Below are positions 46,770 through 56,113 of a stretch of DNA of 64,000 bases, one piece after another (position 1 is the stretch's first letter; each line of letters starts with the position of its first letter). This stretch comes from Myxococcota bacterium (GTDB lineage Bacteria > Myxococcota_C > UBA6777): assembly GCA_023150835.1 (NCBI GenBank), contig JAKLKB010000041.1, forward strand, positions 810 to 64,809. Direction: 5' to 3'. The notes beneath the pieces are model-generated. The model ran no database searches. It worked only from the letters and a program-made list of their open reading frames with translations, and had not been told where the DNA came from. Position numbers and translations under genes: made by a program.

Positions 46770-47768
46770 ATGAAGAAAGTTCTGTGTTTGTTGGGCCTTG
46801 TGGCGTGGATGTGGGGAGCGCAAAGCGCACACGCCAAGAAATACACGTTTCGGATCGCAACACTCGCCCCGGGAGATTCGAGTTGGGGCCGCGTGTTTAT
46901 CAAGATGCGGCGAGATCTTTTGCGCGAAAGCAAGGGCCAAATCCATATCAAGTTCTATCCCGATGGGCGGATGGGGGATGAAAAGCTGGTGGTCAACAAG
47001 ATGAAGCTCGGCCAGCTACATGGGGCATCGATCACCTCGATCGGCTTGGCGCAGATCGTCCCTTCCGTGCTTTTGCTGCAACAACCCGCTCTGTTTCGTA
47101 GCTACAAAGAACTCGATTATGTGCGCGAAAAGATGGATGCGGAGCTGCGCGCCCAGTTTGTCGAGAAAGGCTTTGTGCTGCTCGGTTGGGGAGATATGGG
47201 CTATGTGTACCTGTATTCCAAGCAACCGATCGACAGCGTGGAAAAGCTTAAAAGCACCAAGATCTGGGGATGGACCGACGATCCGATTACCAAACAATTC
47301 AGCGAAAGCTCGGGGATCACGCCACATATGCTCGGGATCTTGGATGTGCGATCTTCCCTTCAGACGGGCGCCATCGATACCGTGATCGGAACGCCTTTGT
47401 CGATCATCGCGATGCAATGGCACTCTTATCTCAAGTATCGCGTCAAATACCGCTTTGCGATCGGCGTCGGCGCAACGGTGATCACCAAAAAGAGTTTTGA
47501 TCGCCTGCCAAAAGAACTCCAAGACATCGTGTTACGTGTCTCCCAAAAACACCACACCAACTTGATCCAAGTGATCCGCCGCGACAACAACCGCGCCCTC
47601 AAAGTCCTCACCAAGCGCGGCTTGGAACACATCACCGTCCCCGCCGCCGAGAAAAAGCTGATCCGCCAGCTTTCTCGAAAAACGTGGGATTACTTCACAG
47701 ACAAACTGTTCTCCAAAGCCGATCTCGACAAAGTCAAAGGCTTGCTCAAAGAGTTTCGCAAAAAATAA
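46770..47768 (+). CDS. dctP: TRAP substrate-binding protein
   Basis: IATLAPGDSSW, GDEKLVVNKMKLGQLHG, LQTGAIDT; GGAGG RBS. Confidence 0.93.
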   Translation: MKKVLCLLGLVAWMWGAQSAHAKKYTFRIATLAPGDSSWGRVFIKMRRDLLRESKGQIHIKFYPDGRMGDEKLVVNKMKLGQLHGASITSIGLAQIVPSVLLLQQPALFRSYKELDYVREKMDAELRAQFVEKGFVLLGWGDMGYVYLYSKQPIDSVEKLKSTKIWGWTDDPITKQFSESSGITPHMLGILDVRSSLQTGAIDTVIGTPLSIIAMQWHSYLKYRVKYRFAIGVGATVITKKSFDRLPKELQDIVLRVSQKHHTNLIQVIRRDNNRALKVLTKRGLEHITVPAAEKKLIRQLSRKTWDYFTDKLFSKADLDKVKGLLKEFRKK

Positions 47769-47849
47769 CAGCCCTTCTGGATATCCCCCACAGACCTCGG
47801 TATCCACACACCCCAGCACCCACACTCTACGACAAAAGCGGCAAAAACG

Positions 47850-48503
47850 ATGAAAACATGGTTACAGCGATGGAGTCAGGCGGACGCGATCGTGCAAAAG
47901 ATCGAGCGAAGCATCCTTGTATGGGGGATGTTGACGATCTTGTTGACGGGCGTCATGGACATTGGTTTGCGTTTGGCATTGGGCTGGGGTCTGGGTTTTG
48001 CGGACACACTCGCTCGCCAGATCACCGTATGGCTCGGGTTGTTTGGTGCAGCGTTGGCAACAAGCCACGTTGAACACATCAATATCGACGCATTTAGTCG
48101 GATATTGCGACGACGCGGACTCCAGATCAACCAGATCGCGGTCGGCTTGGCCTGTGTTTTCATGAGTGGGGCGCTAACCTATTACGCGATCAAGCTGGTG
48201 CAGTTTTATCGAGGCAACACCAGCAGCGTCGTCACACTCGGATACATCGACATCGCGACATGGTGGTTGCTGTTGGCGTTCCCGATCAGCTTTGGTGTGA
48301 TGACGTCGCGTTATCTGTTGCACACGCTCGAATACCTGTATGCCTTACGCGGCGATCCGTTGCCTTGGTCTTACGTCACAACACGGATGGAAGAAGAACT
48401 TTCTCGGCGCGAAGGCACGGAGGTATCGCCTTCAACGCAAGCCGCATCCGCTTCGGCTTCTTCTTCGGCCTCAGCCCACCGCGCAGAGGGAGGTGACGCA
48501 TGA
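47850..48503 (+). CDS. dctQ: TRAP small permease
   Basis: Four TMs; WLGLFGAALATSHVEHINID. Confidence 0.9.
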   Translation: MKTWLQRWSQADAIVQKIERSILVWGMLTILLTGVMDIGLRLALGWGLGFADTLARQITVWLGLFGAALATSHVEHINIDAFSRILRRRGLQINQIAVGLACVFMSGALTYYAIKLVQFYRGNTSSVVTLGYIDIATWWLLLAFPISFGVMTSRYLLHTLEYLYALRGDPLPWSYVTTRMEEELSRREGTEVSPSTQAASASASSSASAHRAEGGDA

Positions 48504-50335
48504 TCGCTTTGTATCTCTTGCTGTTGGTGTTGGCGCTGTTTGGCTTGCCGCTGTATATGGTGATCGGCGGTTTTGCGATGTTGATGGGGATTCAACTCGG
48601 CCAAGATCCAGCGACCTTTTTTACCCAAGGATACGGGATGTTGGCGGATTCACCAACACTGGTCAGCATCCCGTTGTTCACCTTTGCGGGCTACTTGATG
48701 GCCGAAAGCAAGACGGGTGAGCGGCTGGTGCGATTGTTCGATGCGTTGCTCGGCTGGCTGCCGGGGGGACTGACGATCCAGATCGTGGTGGTCTGTTCGT
48801 TCTTTACGATCTTTACGGGTGCATCGGGTGTAACGATCATCGCGCTTGGGATGTTATTGTATCCTGTATTGCTCAAGTCGCATTATCCCGAAGAATACGC
48901 CTTGGGGCTGTTGACCGCGTCGGGCTCGCTCGGCCTGCTGTTGCCGCCCAGTTTGCCGCTGATCATCTACGGCGTGATCGCCAAAACCGATATCCGTGCG
49001 CTGTTTTGGGCGGGGATCCTCCCCGGGATCTTGATGATGGCGGTGTTGGTGTTTCACGGGATCTGGGTCAACGTCCACCATACCCCCGGAAAACAAGGCG
49101 GAATGATCGCTTATTTCAAAGCTGTAGGCGAAGGCTTGTTGTTGCTTGTGTTGGTGGTGGGCGTGGGAGGGTTGGCCTTTAGCTTTGTTCCGATCCGATG
49201 GTTAATGGGCGGTGTGGCTGGGGTGACAGTGCTTTTTTTCGCATGGAGTATCTTTCTGCCCAAGCATCCGCTGTTTGAAAAATACACCTTGCTTGGTGCG
49301 CTGCGCGAGTCCAAGTGGGAAGCTGCATTGCCCCTATTGATCGGCTTTTTGCTACTCAATCAAGTCGTGGGGATCCCTGAGATCGCCTTGTTGACGACCG
49401 CTTACATCTTTGTGGTCGAGGTTTGGATCTATCGGGATCTTGGGATCGTGCGCGATATCCCCCGTGTGAGCTTCCTTTCGCTCAAACTGGTGGGTTCGAT
49501 CATCTTGATCCTGATGAGCGCGCTCGCCCTGAGCAACTTGTTGATCCTCCAAGAAGTCCCCGACAAACTCTTTGAAGCCATTAAGCCCGTCATTACGAAC
49601 AAATGGATGTTCTTGTTGGCCCTCAACCTTTTTCTGTTGTTGGTCGGGTGCTTGTTGGATATCTTTTCTGCGATCCTTGTGGTGGTTCCGTTGGTCGTGC
49701 CGCTGGCCAATCGCTTTGGCGTGGACCCCGTTCATCTCGGCATCGTGTTTCTCGCCAATCTCGAACTCGGCTACATGACGCCCCCCGTCGGAATCAACTT
49801 GTTTATCTCCAGCATGACCTTCAAAAAGCCCGTCCTTGCGCTCTATCGGATATCGCTTCCGTTCTTGGGGCTGTTGGGCATCGCCTTGGTGCTGATCACC
49901 TACATCCCCGCGCTCAGCTTGTGGTTGCCTCAAGTCACAGGAGCCACACAACGCGCCCTCCCGAACCTCGATCAAAACCAACCCTCCCAACGCCGCAACG
50001 AGATGATGGATCTGCTCAAAGATGACGACGACAAAGACGGAAAGAAAGACGGAAAGAAAGACGGAAAGAAGGGCAAAGCCAAAGACGACACAAGCGATAT
50101 CGACGACGAAGAAGACAGCCCCGCTTCGCCCAAAAAACGAGGCCCAATACCACCTGCCCCCACCCCCGCAAACGACGGTGGCATCGCCCCTGACACTACG
50201 CCCGCAAACGGCGGTGGCATCGCCCCTGAGACCGCTCCGTCCGATGCGGCTTCACCCAAAGAAAAAGCCTCCCCACGTAAGCCTCCACCCACCCGTAAAA
50301 AAGCCAAAAGTAACGAGGACGACGAAGAACCTTGA
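48500..50335 (+). CDS. dctM: TRAP large permease with disordered C-terminal tail
   Basis: IPLFTFAGYLM, FTGASGVTIIALG, SGSLGLLLPPSLPLIIYG, ELGYMTPPVGINLF. Confidence 0.94.
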   Translation: MIALYLLLLVLALFGLPLYMVIGGFAMLMGIQLGQDPATFFTQGYGMLADSPTLVSIPLFTFAGYLMAESKTGERLVRLFDALLGWLPGGLTIQIVVVCSFFTIFTGASGVTIIALGMLLYPVLLKSHYPEEYALGLLTASGSLGLLLPPSLPLIIYGVIAKTDIRALFWAGILPGILMMAVLVFHGIWVNVHHTPGKQGGMIAYFKAVGEGLLLLVLVVGVGGLAFSFVPIRWLMGGVAGVTVLFFAWSIFLPKHPLFEKYTLLGALRESKWEAALPLLIGFLLLNQVVGIPEIALLTTAYIFVVEVWIYRDLGIVRDIPRVSFLSLKLVGSIILILMSALALSNLLILQEVPDKLFEAIKPVITNKWMFLLALNLFLLLVGCLLDIFSAILVVVPLVVPLANRFGVDPVHLGIVFLANLELGYMTPPVGINLFISSMTFKKPVLALYRISLPFLGLLGIALVLITYIPALSLWLPQVTGATQRALPNLDQNQPSQRRNEMMDLLKDDDDKDGKKDGKKDGKKGKAKDDTSDIDDEEDSPASPKKRGPIPPAPTPANDGGIAPDTTPANGGGIAPETAPSDAASPKEKASPRKPPPTRKKAKSNEDDEEP

Positions 50336-52368
50336 TCCCTTTCGTCCCAAAGCAATTTGGATACCGAACCAAGGCAGGTTTTCGTATGGAATGGCTCTCC
50401 CTTGCGCAACTCCTCCCGGACTTCCCCAAAACCTCGCTGCATGGGCATATCCACCTGCGCGTCGATCAGCTTGCTCCGCTGTCCCTCGAAGGATGGGCAT
50501 TTCTCGCGATCCAGCCTACCCATGAAACACAAGCCAAACGCTGGATGGCCGAACACTCCGACGCTTTCCAGCTCTTCTTTCGTATGCTCTATGGCGAAGA
50601 GATGCCCCACACAGAACTGGAGGCGGATCGGCTGTATCTCTGCCTTGAGATGCAGCGCCGCCGCCTCCACCAGTCTTATCAAGCGGTATTACAAGCCCTC
50701 GCACAACTGGCCCCTTGCCTTGAAGCCTCGGCCTTTTTCCTCAAAGAAGAACACTCTCCCACACTCGACTTTTTCCACACCACAAACGGCCAGATCTTCG
50801 GTACACGCCACACCTGCGCAAGTGATTGCGAAGACGATATCCTCCGCACTTACGATGCGATCGTCGAGCAAGCCCCCGACGATCAAGCCCTACGCGAATT
50901 CGTCTCTTTGCGCCGCCTGCGGGTCGTCTCCGACTTTATCGACCAACTCTTTGCACAACACAGCGAGGGCCTCTCCCTCACCTCTCCTGTTCCCCCTGCC
51001 CTCGAAGTCAAGCTGTATGTGATCGCCGAAGGACTTGAGCGCGCCGCAGCCCATACCCCCGATGCAATCGACGTGTGGCACCAATGGGCGCGTTTTGCAG
51101 TCTGGTTCGGTGATCCCACCACCATCGAACAAGCCTTTGAATCCGTCTATCGGCTCGATCCTTCGGACCCTTGGGTTCACTTCGATCATGCCGTCTACCT
51201 CTGGCAACAAGGCCGCCTCCAAGAAGCCATGTCCCACCACCATCACTTCCTCGCCGCCGAGCCCCAAGACCCCCTTGGCCTGCTGTTTGCCGGCTTCCTC
51301 TACACCAAAGAAGCCATGCACGAAGACGCTTATTCGATCTGGCAAGAACTCGATCAACAAGTCGACAGCCTACTTTCCGACCTCTCCCGTTGGAAAGATC
51401 TCCAACGACCCGAATACGCCGCCGATCTACTGGCCCTCTGGCTCCAACACGCTCACCACTTCCTCAAGCCACAAACCCACGCAAAAGCCTATCTACAGGC
51501 CGCCTTGCTGTTGCAAACATGGCAGCCTTGGGAATCTCTCTCCGCTACCCACCGCGAGATCGTCGCCCTCTGGCTGCAACAAGCCCGAATCCTCGACCCC
51601 TGCGATCCGCAGATCGCCCTCCACAGCGCACGCACTCTCCGAAAACAAGGCCAGATCGAACAAGCCCACCACACCTTGCAACAGGCCCACCAACAACATC
51701 CCCTTGATACGGATATCCTCTTTCTCCTCGCACAGATCTGCACACAACAAGAGCGCCACCAAGACGCTGCGCGTTATCTGCGCCGCTTGCTCACACAAAC
51801 CAAACAGCGCGACGATGCCAACACCGATCTCTACAAAGCCCAACTTGCCGCCGTTTTGGAAAGCGAGGCACAGCGCTTCTGGATCGAAGAAGAGTACGAA
51901 GCCGCCGAGTCCGTTTATGACCAGATGCTCGCCATCTACGAAGACTCCTTTATCCCCCCCGGGCTTGAAACCCCTTGGCTTCAAAAAGCCCGATTGCGCC
52001 TGCGCGAAGACAAAAAAGGTCTCGCCCTCGCTTGCGCTCGAAAAGCCCTTTCCATCCACCCCGCTTCCGTTTCTGCCAACGCTCTCGCAGCCTATCTTCT
52101 CGCCCACCTCGATCGCTTTTCCGAAGCCCTGCCCCTTGCCCAACGCGCCGTCTCACAAGGCCCTCACGATCCCTTTGCCCTTTACGCGCTCGCCTGTGTC
52201 TTTGCCATGACGGGCCGCCGAAAAGACGCCCTCCCCCTCCTTGAGCGCGCCCTCGTCGCCAACCCCTCCCTCCGCCAAGAAGCCGCCCAAGAAGCCTTGC
52301 TCCAACGCCTCCACGCGCTCTCCCTCTTTTGGCGGCTGCTCGACGAACCCGAACATCCTTCTTCTTGA
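50332..52368 (+). CDS. Tetratricopeptide-repeat protein (start may be ATG 50386)
   Basis: Multiple TPRs; terminal ALYALACVFAMTGRRKDALPLLERAL. Confidence 0.85.
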   Translation: MIPFVPKQFGYRTKAGFRMEWLSLAQLLPDFPKTSLHGHIHLRVDQLAPLSLEGWAFLAIQPTHETQAKRWMAEHSDAFQLFFRMLYGEEMPHTELEADRLYLCLEMQRRRLHQSYQAVLQALAQLAPCLEASAFFLKEEHSPTLDFFHTTNGQIFGTRHTCASDCEDDILRTYDAIVEQAPDDQALREFVSLRRLRVVSDFIDQLFAQHSEGLSLTSPVPPALEVKLYVIAEGLERAAAHTPDAIDVWHQWARFAVWFGDPTTIEQAFESVYRLDPSDPWVHFDHAVYLWQQGRLQEAMSHHHHFLAAEPQDPLGLLFAGFLYTKEAMHEDAYSIWQELDQQVDSLLSDLSRWKDLQRPEYAADLLALWLQHAHHFLKPQTHAKAYLQAALLLQTWQPWESLSATHREIVALWLQQARILDPCDPQIALHSARTLRKQGQIEQAHHTLQQAHQQHPLDTDILFLLAQICTQQERHQDAARYLRRLLTQTKQRDDANTDLYKAQLAAVLESEAQRFWIEEEYEAAESVYDQMLAIYEDSFIPPGLETPWLQKARLRLREDKKGLALACARKALSIHPASVSANALAAYLLAHLDRFSEALPLAQRAVSQGPHDPFALYALACVFAMTGRRKDALPLLERALVANPSLRQEAAQEALLQRLHALSLFWRLLDEPEHPSS

Positions 52369-52430
52369 TCGGCCACACCCGACGACCCGACCTCTTTCGA
52401 TCTCCCAACATCAGGATTTTGTATGAGGCA

Positions 52431-52558
52431 GCAAAACCCCCATGTTCGCGATGCCTCATGCGGAGCCGTCGCCCGTCTGAAAAACCTGCCATCACCCCGC
52501 CAACACGGGGTCAAGGGGCGACAGTCCCTTGTGGGGTATGGGGCAACGCCCCATCAAA
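52431..52558 (+). repeat. Dispersed ~130-bp repeat, copy 3 (terminal hairpin repeated again at ~52605-52626)
   Basis: gcaaaacccccatgttcgcg...tgaaaaac...ccgccaacacggggtcaagggg...ggggtatggggcaacgcccca. Confidence 0.8.
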
Positions 52559-52664
52559 CAAACCCCAAACCGTCACGAACGACACCACACGCAGTCAAAA
52601 AGGTCTGGGGCAACGCCCCATCAAACCAACCCCCACCCGTTATCCCCCTACCGAATCGGAGGTT

Positions 52665-53663
52665 ATGATGAAGAAACGTTTTGCGATTACCGGTGCCAGC
52701 GGGCTTTTGGGTGCCAATCTCGCGATCGCTCTGCTCCAACAAGGGCACACCGTCGTCGCGACTCGCCGTGGAAAAAGTCGTACCGATCATCTCTCCGCCT
52801 ACCCGATCCAATGGATCGATGCCGCCCTCGATCAGCCTGATGCCCTTCAATCGGCGTTTTCTGGCTGCGATGGTGTGTTTCATTGTGCCGCCGCTGTCAG
52901 TGTCCAATTCAAGATCGAGCCGTGGATCTACGCAGCCAACGTCGAAGGAACACGCAACGTCCTCCAAGCCGCCCAAGCTGCCGATGTCCCACGACTGATA
53001 CATTGCTCCACCACCAGCGCACTCGGACTCTCCACCGACGGCCTCCCAAGCGATGAAACCGTGCCGTTCAACTTCGCGGCCTACGGCCTCGACGACGCTT
53101 ATGTCCAAACCAAACGCCAAGCCCAAGACCTCGTCCTCCAAGCCGCCTCCGATGGAATGGACGCCCTCGTCGTCAATCCCGCATTTATGATCGGTCCCTA
53201 CGATGCCAAACCTTCCTCGGGCTCGCTCGTTCGCAGCCTGCTGCTGGGCAAGATCCCCGCCTACACCCTCGGAACCAACAACTTTGTCGATGTTCGAGAC
53301 GTCGCACGCGGGATGTTGCAAGCCTACGAACGCGGAAAAGCCGGTGAGATGTACATCTTGAGCGGCGAGAATATGACTTACAAAGGCTTCATGGATCGCG
53401 TCAGCCAAGTGACAGGATGCCCCAAAGTCCGCTTCCGTGTCCCCGCATGGACCGCCCGAATCGCAGGTTGGTGTGGCGATCAATGGAGCGCCTTGACGAG
53501 CCGAGACACCGAACTCAACAGTGCCACCGTCCGCTGGAGCCTCAACGACCGCTACCTCTTCCGCTGTGACAAAGCCATCCGCGACTTGCATTACACGATA
53601 TCGCCCCTTGATTCCGCCATCGCCGACTGCGCCGCATGGTTCCAAGAACACCGTATGCTCTAA
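52665..53663 (+). CDS. NAD-dependent epimerase/dehydratase (extended SDR, HpnA/DFR-like)
   Basis: ITGASGLLG, VFHCAA, NVEGT, YVQTK, FVDVRDVA; GGAGG RBS before ATG 52665. Confidence 0.93.
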   Translation: MMKKRFAITGASGLLGANLAIALLQQGHTVVATRRGKSRTDHLSAYPIQWIDAALDQPDALQSAFSGCDGVFHCAAAVSVQFKIEPWIYAANVEGTRNVLQAAQAADVPRLIHCSTTSALGLSTDGLPSDETVPFNFAAYGLDDAYVQTKRQAQDLVLQAASDGMDALVVNPAFMIGPYDAKPSSGSLVRSLLLGKIPAYTLGTNNFVDVRDVARGMLQAYERGKAGEMYILSGENMTYKGFMDRVSQVTGCPKVRFRVPAWTARIAGWCGDQWSALTSRDTELNSATVRWSLNDRYLFRCDKAIRDLHYTISPLDSAIADCAAWFQEHRML

Positions 53664-53764
53664 CTCTCCTCACTCTTCCCATTTCCTGTAGGGCGCTGCC
53701 CCATACGCGCCTTGTTAAGGTGGAAACACCGAATAGTCTAGCCTGATCGCCGTTTCTTTTTCTA

Positions 53765-53915
53765 CCCCCCCCTCAATCCCCCCGTGAACGGGGGGAAGTT
53801 GGAACGGGCAGCGTCTGCGTCTCGTGCATACAGCGTGCGTCACGAAAAAACAAAATCCCCGATGCTTCCGACTTTCGCTCCCTCCCCTGTTCACGGGGGA
53901 GGGCGGGGTGGGGGG
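53765..53915. repeat. Inverted pair of GC-rich REP-like palindromes
   Basis: ccccccgtgaacgggggg and ccctcccctgttcacgggggagggcggggtggggg facing each other. Confidence 0.75.
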
Positions 53916-53939
53916 CTTTCCTCCGCTTCACCTAACGCC

Positions 53940-54064
53940 TATGGGGCGCTGCCCCACACCCCGCAAGGGAGCTTTGCCCCCTTGACCCCGTGTTGGCGAA
54001 AAGATCATCGTTTTTCAAACAAGCAACGGCTCCGCTTGAAGCCTCACAAACATGGCTTTTTTTG
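53940..54064 (-). repeat. Dispersed ~130-bp repeat, copy 4 (reverse orientation)
   Basis: Reverse complement: aaaagccatgtttg...ttcaagcggagccg...tgaaaaac...cgccaacacggggtcaagggggc...ggggtgtggggcagcgcccca. Confidence 0.8.
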
Positions 54065-54582
54065 TGAGCTGCGTCACTCTTTTTTGAAACGTGAAATTTT
54101 GATCTTGTGGAGTGCCGAACACCCCGTTGATCTGCGATCACAGTTTTTTGATCGATTTTGGAACCTTCTTTTTTGTTTGCTTACTATTGCAGCATATCGG
54201 CGCTTGTGCGCAGGCGTCAAATCCTTCAAAAAACAGCCTTCTATCTAAGACAAATCAAGATCTTATGTTTGATCATTTTTATTTTCAATTAATATAAGAC
54301 TTATACGATATCCGAGCGATGTGTTCCCGTAGGATAGTGTGTAGACGCCCGATTGTTGGGCAGCCACAGGGGTCACTTGGACCAACTCATGCCATTCGTT
54401 TGCGATCATCCTTCCTACAATATCCGTCAAAAGCGTATCCATAAGCGTCGATGCGGTTTGTTGTAAACGCCCTGTGATTGGGCAGCCACAGGCTGCGAAC
54501 ACGTCTTTTTTTGGCCACTACGTAAGTCCTATTCCTAAAAAGATCGAATTACTTTCTTCTTTTTAGGAAAGAGAGAAAAAAC

Positions 54583-55911
54583 ATGAAAAAAGAAAATCAA
54601 CATCAGTGTCTTCGTTTGGGTGTGATCGAGCGTGGAAAACTTGTGGAGGAGCGGGTATTTAAAAAAGGAGAAGAGATTACGCTTGGGCGCTCTAGCCAAA
54701 ATACATGGGTGATCGAGGACGAACAATTTCCCGCCAAGCACCGACTTTTTCAATGGAAAGACGGAAGCTACACACTCCACTTGCCTAACCCTTCACGAGC
54801 CAAGATTTCTTCCTCCGAGGGAATTCAAGAATTAGGGACATCTTCGATCGAGAACTCCGTTGGGACGCCTGAGTCCGAGGCGTTTGTGCTTTGCACAGAG
54901 ATGCGGGGCAAGATCCAGATCGGTAAAACGACGCTGCTGTTTCAATTTGTTCCTGCTCCTGTCGAGGCCAAAGAAGCCCCGCTTCCTGTGCAACTTCGCG
55001 GATGGCGCTTGAAGTCGGACTGGATCTATGCCTCTGCGATGTTGCTGTCTTTGGTCGGCCACAGCGGCGCGATCACTTATATTTCTTTGCATGGTCCTTC
55101 GCCCGCAGAACTCTCGGAGTCCTCGCGCTTTCAGCCCAAGCACACCGAAGCACCGGTTTTGTTGGTGGTTCCCCCCGCCCCAACCAAACCGAGCATCCCA
55201 AGCATCGTTCCAAACAAGCCCACGCCGCGCCCAACGAACCGCCCAAGACCAAGCAACACCAAACCTCATCCGTCCCGAAACATCCAAGACAAAAAAACAC
55301 AACAAGATAAGATATCAAAACACGTCTCGGAATTTGTCTCGGGCAACAACTCTTCCGTTCATCAGATGCTCGCCCCCCAACAAGGCGATCCTTTTCTTCG
55401 GCGCTTCGATCAACTCAAACAGACGACAGCAAGCCAAGATCACGGTCGCCTGCTCGGAACACGCGGAGAGGGCGTCAAAACGGACATTGAAACCAACCGC
55501 CACAATGGACTCCCTTACACGGTTCCGAGCGGCCCTTCTGCACCCAAAAACGCGAACAGCGGGCGAACAGCCGCAGAGATCAAGTGCCCCCGATTCACCG
55601 TAGAACCTATCCCATCGGTTCCAATCCAAATCAACGAAGCGAGTCTCCAGCGTTTTCTACAACGCCGCAAAAAAGCGATTGTCCACTGTTACGAAAAGGA
55701 TTTGCGCCACGATCCAGATCAAAAAGGACGGATCGAAATCCGCTTGACGCTCAAAACAAACGGGACCATCCACACCGAGATCGAACGCAACGAACTGTCC
55801 AAATCGACGGCAGCATGCATCCAAAAAACACTCAGCCGCCAACGTATGCTCCCCTCCCCCAAAGAAGAAGTCGAAGTCGTCGTCCCCTTCTTGTTCGAGC
55901 CACAACGCTGA
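54583..55911 (+). CDS. GltG/AgmX/PglI-like protein (FHA-like domain, TM, Pro-rich linker, TonB-C-like domain)
   Basis: LRLGVIERGKLVEERVF..ITLGRS..RGKIQIGKTTLLFQFV; C-terminal AIVHCYEKDLRHDPDQKGRI...ACI...VPFLF. Confidence 0.85.
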   Translation: MKKENQHQCLRLGVIERGKLVEERVFKKGEEITLGRSSQNTWVIEDEQFPAKHRLFQWKDGSYTLHLPNPSRAKISSSEGIQELGTSSIENSVGTPESEAFVLCTEMRGKIQIGKTTLLFQFVPAPVEAKEAPLPVQLRGWRLKSDWIYASAMLLSLVGHSGAITYISLHGPSPAELSESSRFQPKHTEAPVLLVVPPAPTKPSIPSIVPNKPTPRPTNRPRPSNTKPHPSRNIQDKKTQQDKISKHVSEFVSGNNSSVHQMLAPQQGDPFLRRFDQLKQTTASQDHGRLLGTRGEGVKTDIETNRHNGLPYTVPSGPSAPKNANSGRTAAEIKCPRFTVEPIPSVPIQINEASLQRFLQRRKKAIVHCYEKDLRHDPDQKGRIEIRLTLKTNGTIHTEIERNELSKSTAACIQKTLSRQRMLPSPKEEVEVVVPFLFEPQR

Positions 55912-56113
55912 TCTCCTGCGAAAGCGCTTGGTTTTCGATGGAGTGTTTGAAAAGCCCCGTCCTGAGATGCGATCAGGTAGGGGCTTTTAAGCTTTGGGAG
56001 GTTGTTGCGAGGTTGGGAAGGGACGCCAAGGCTGAAGACGGCGGGTGGGAGCGGGTTTATTGCGAGGTCGGGAAGAGGCGACATAGGCCGAAAAAGACGG
56101 GCGGGAGCGGGTT

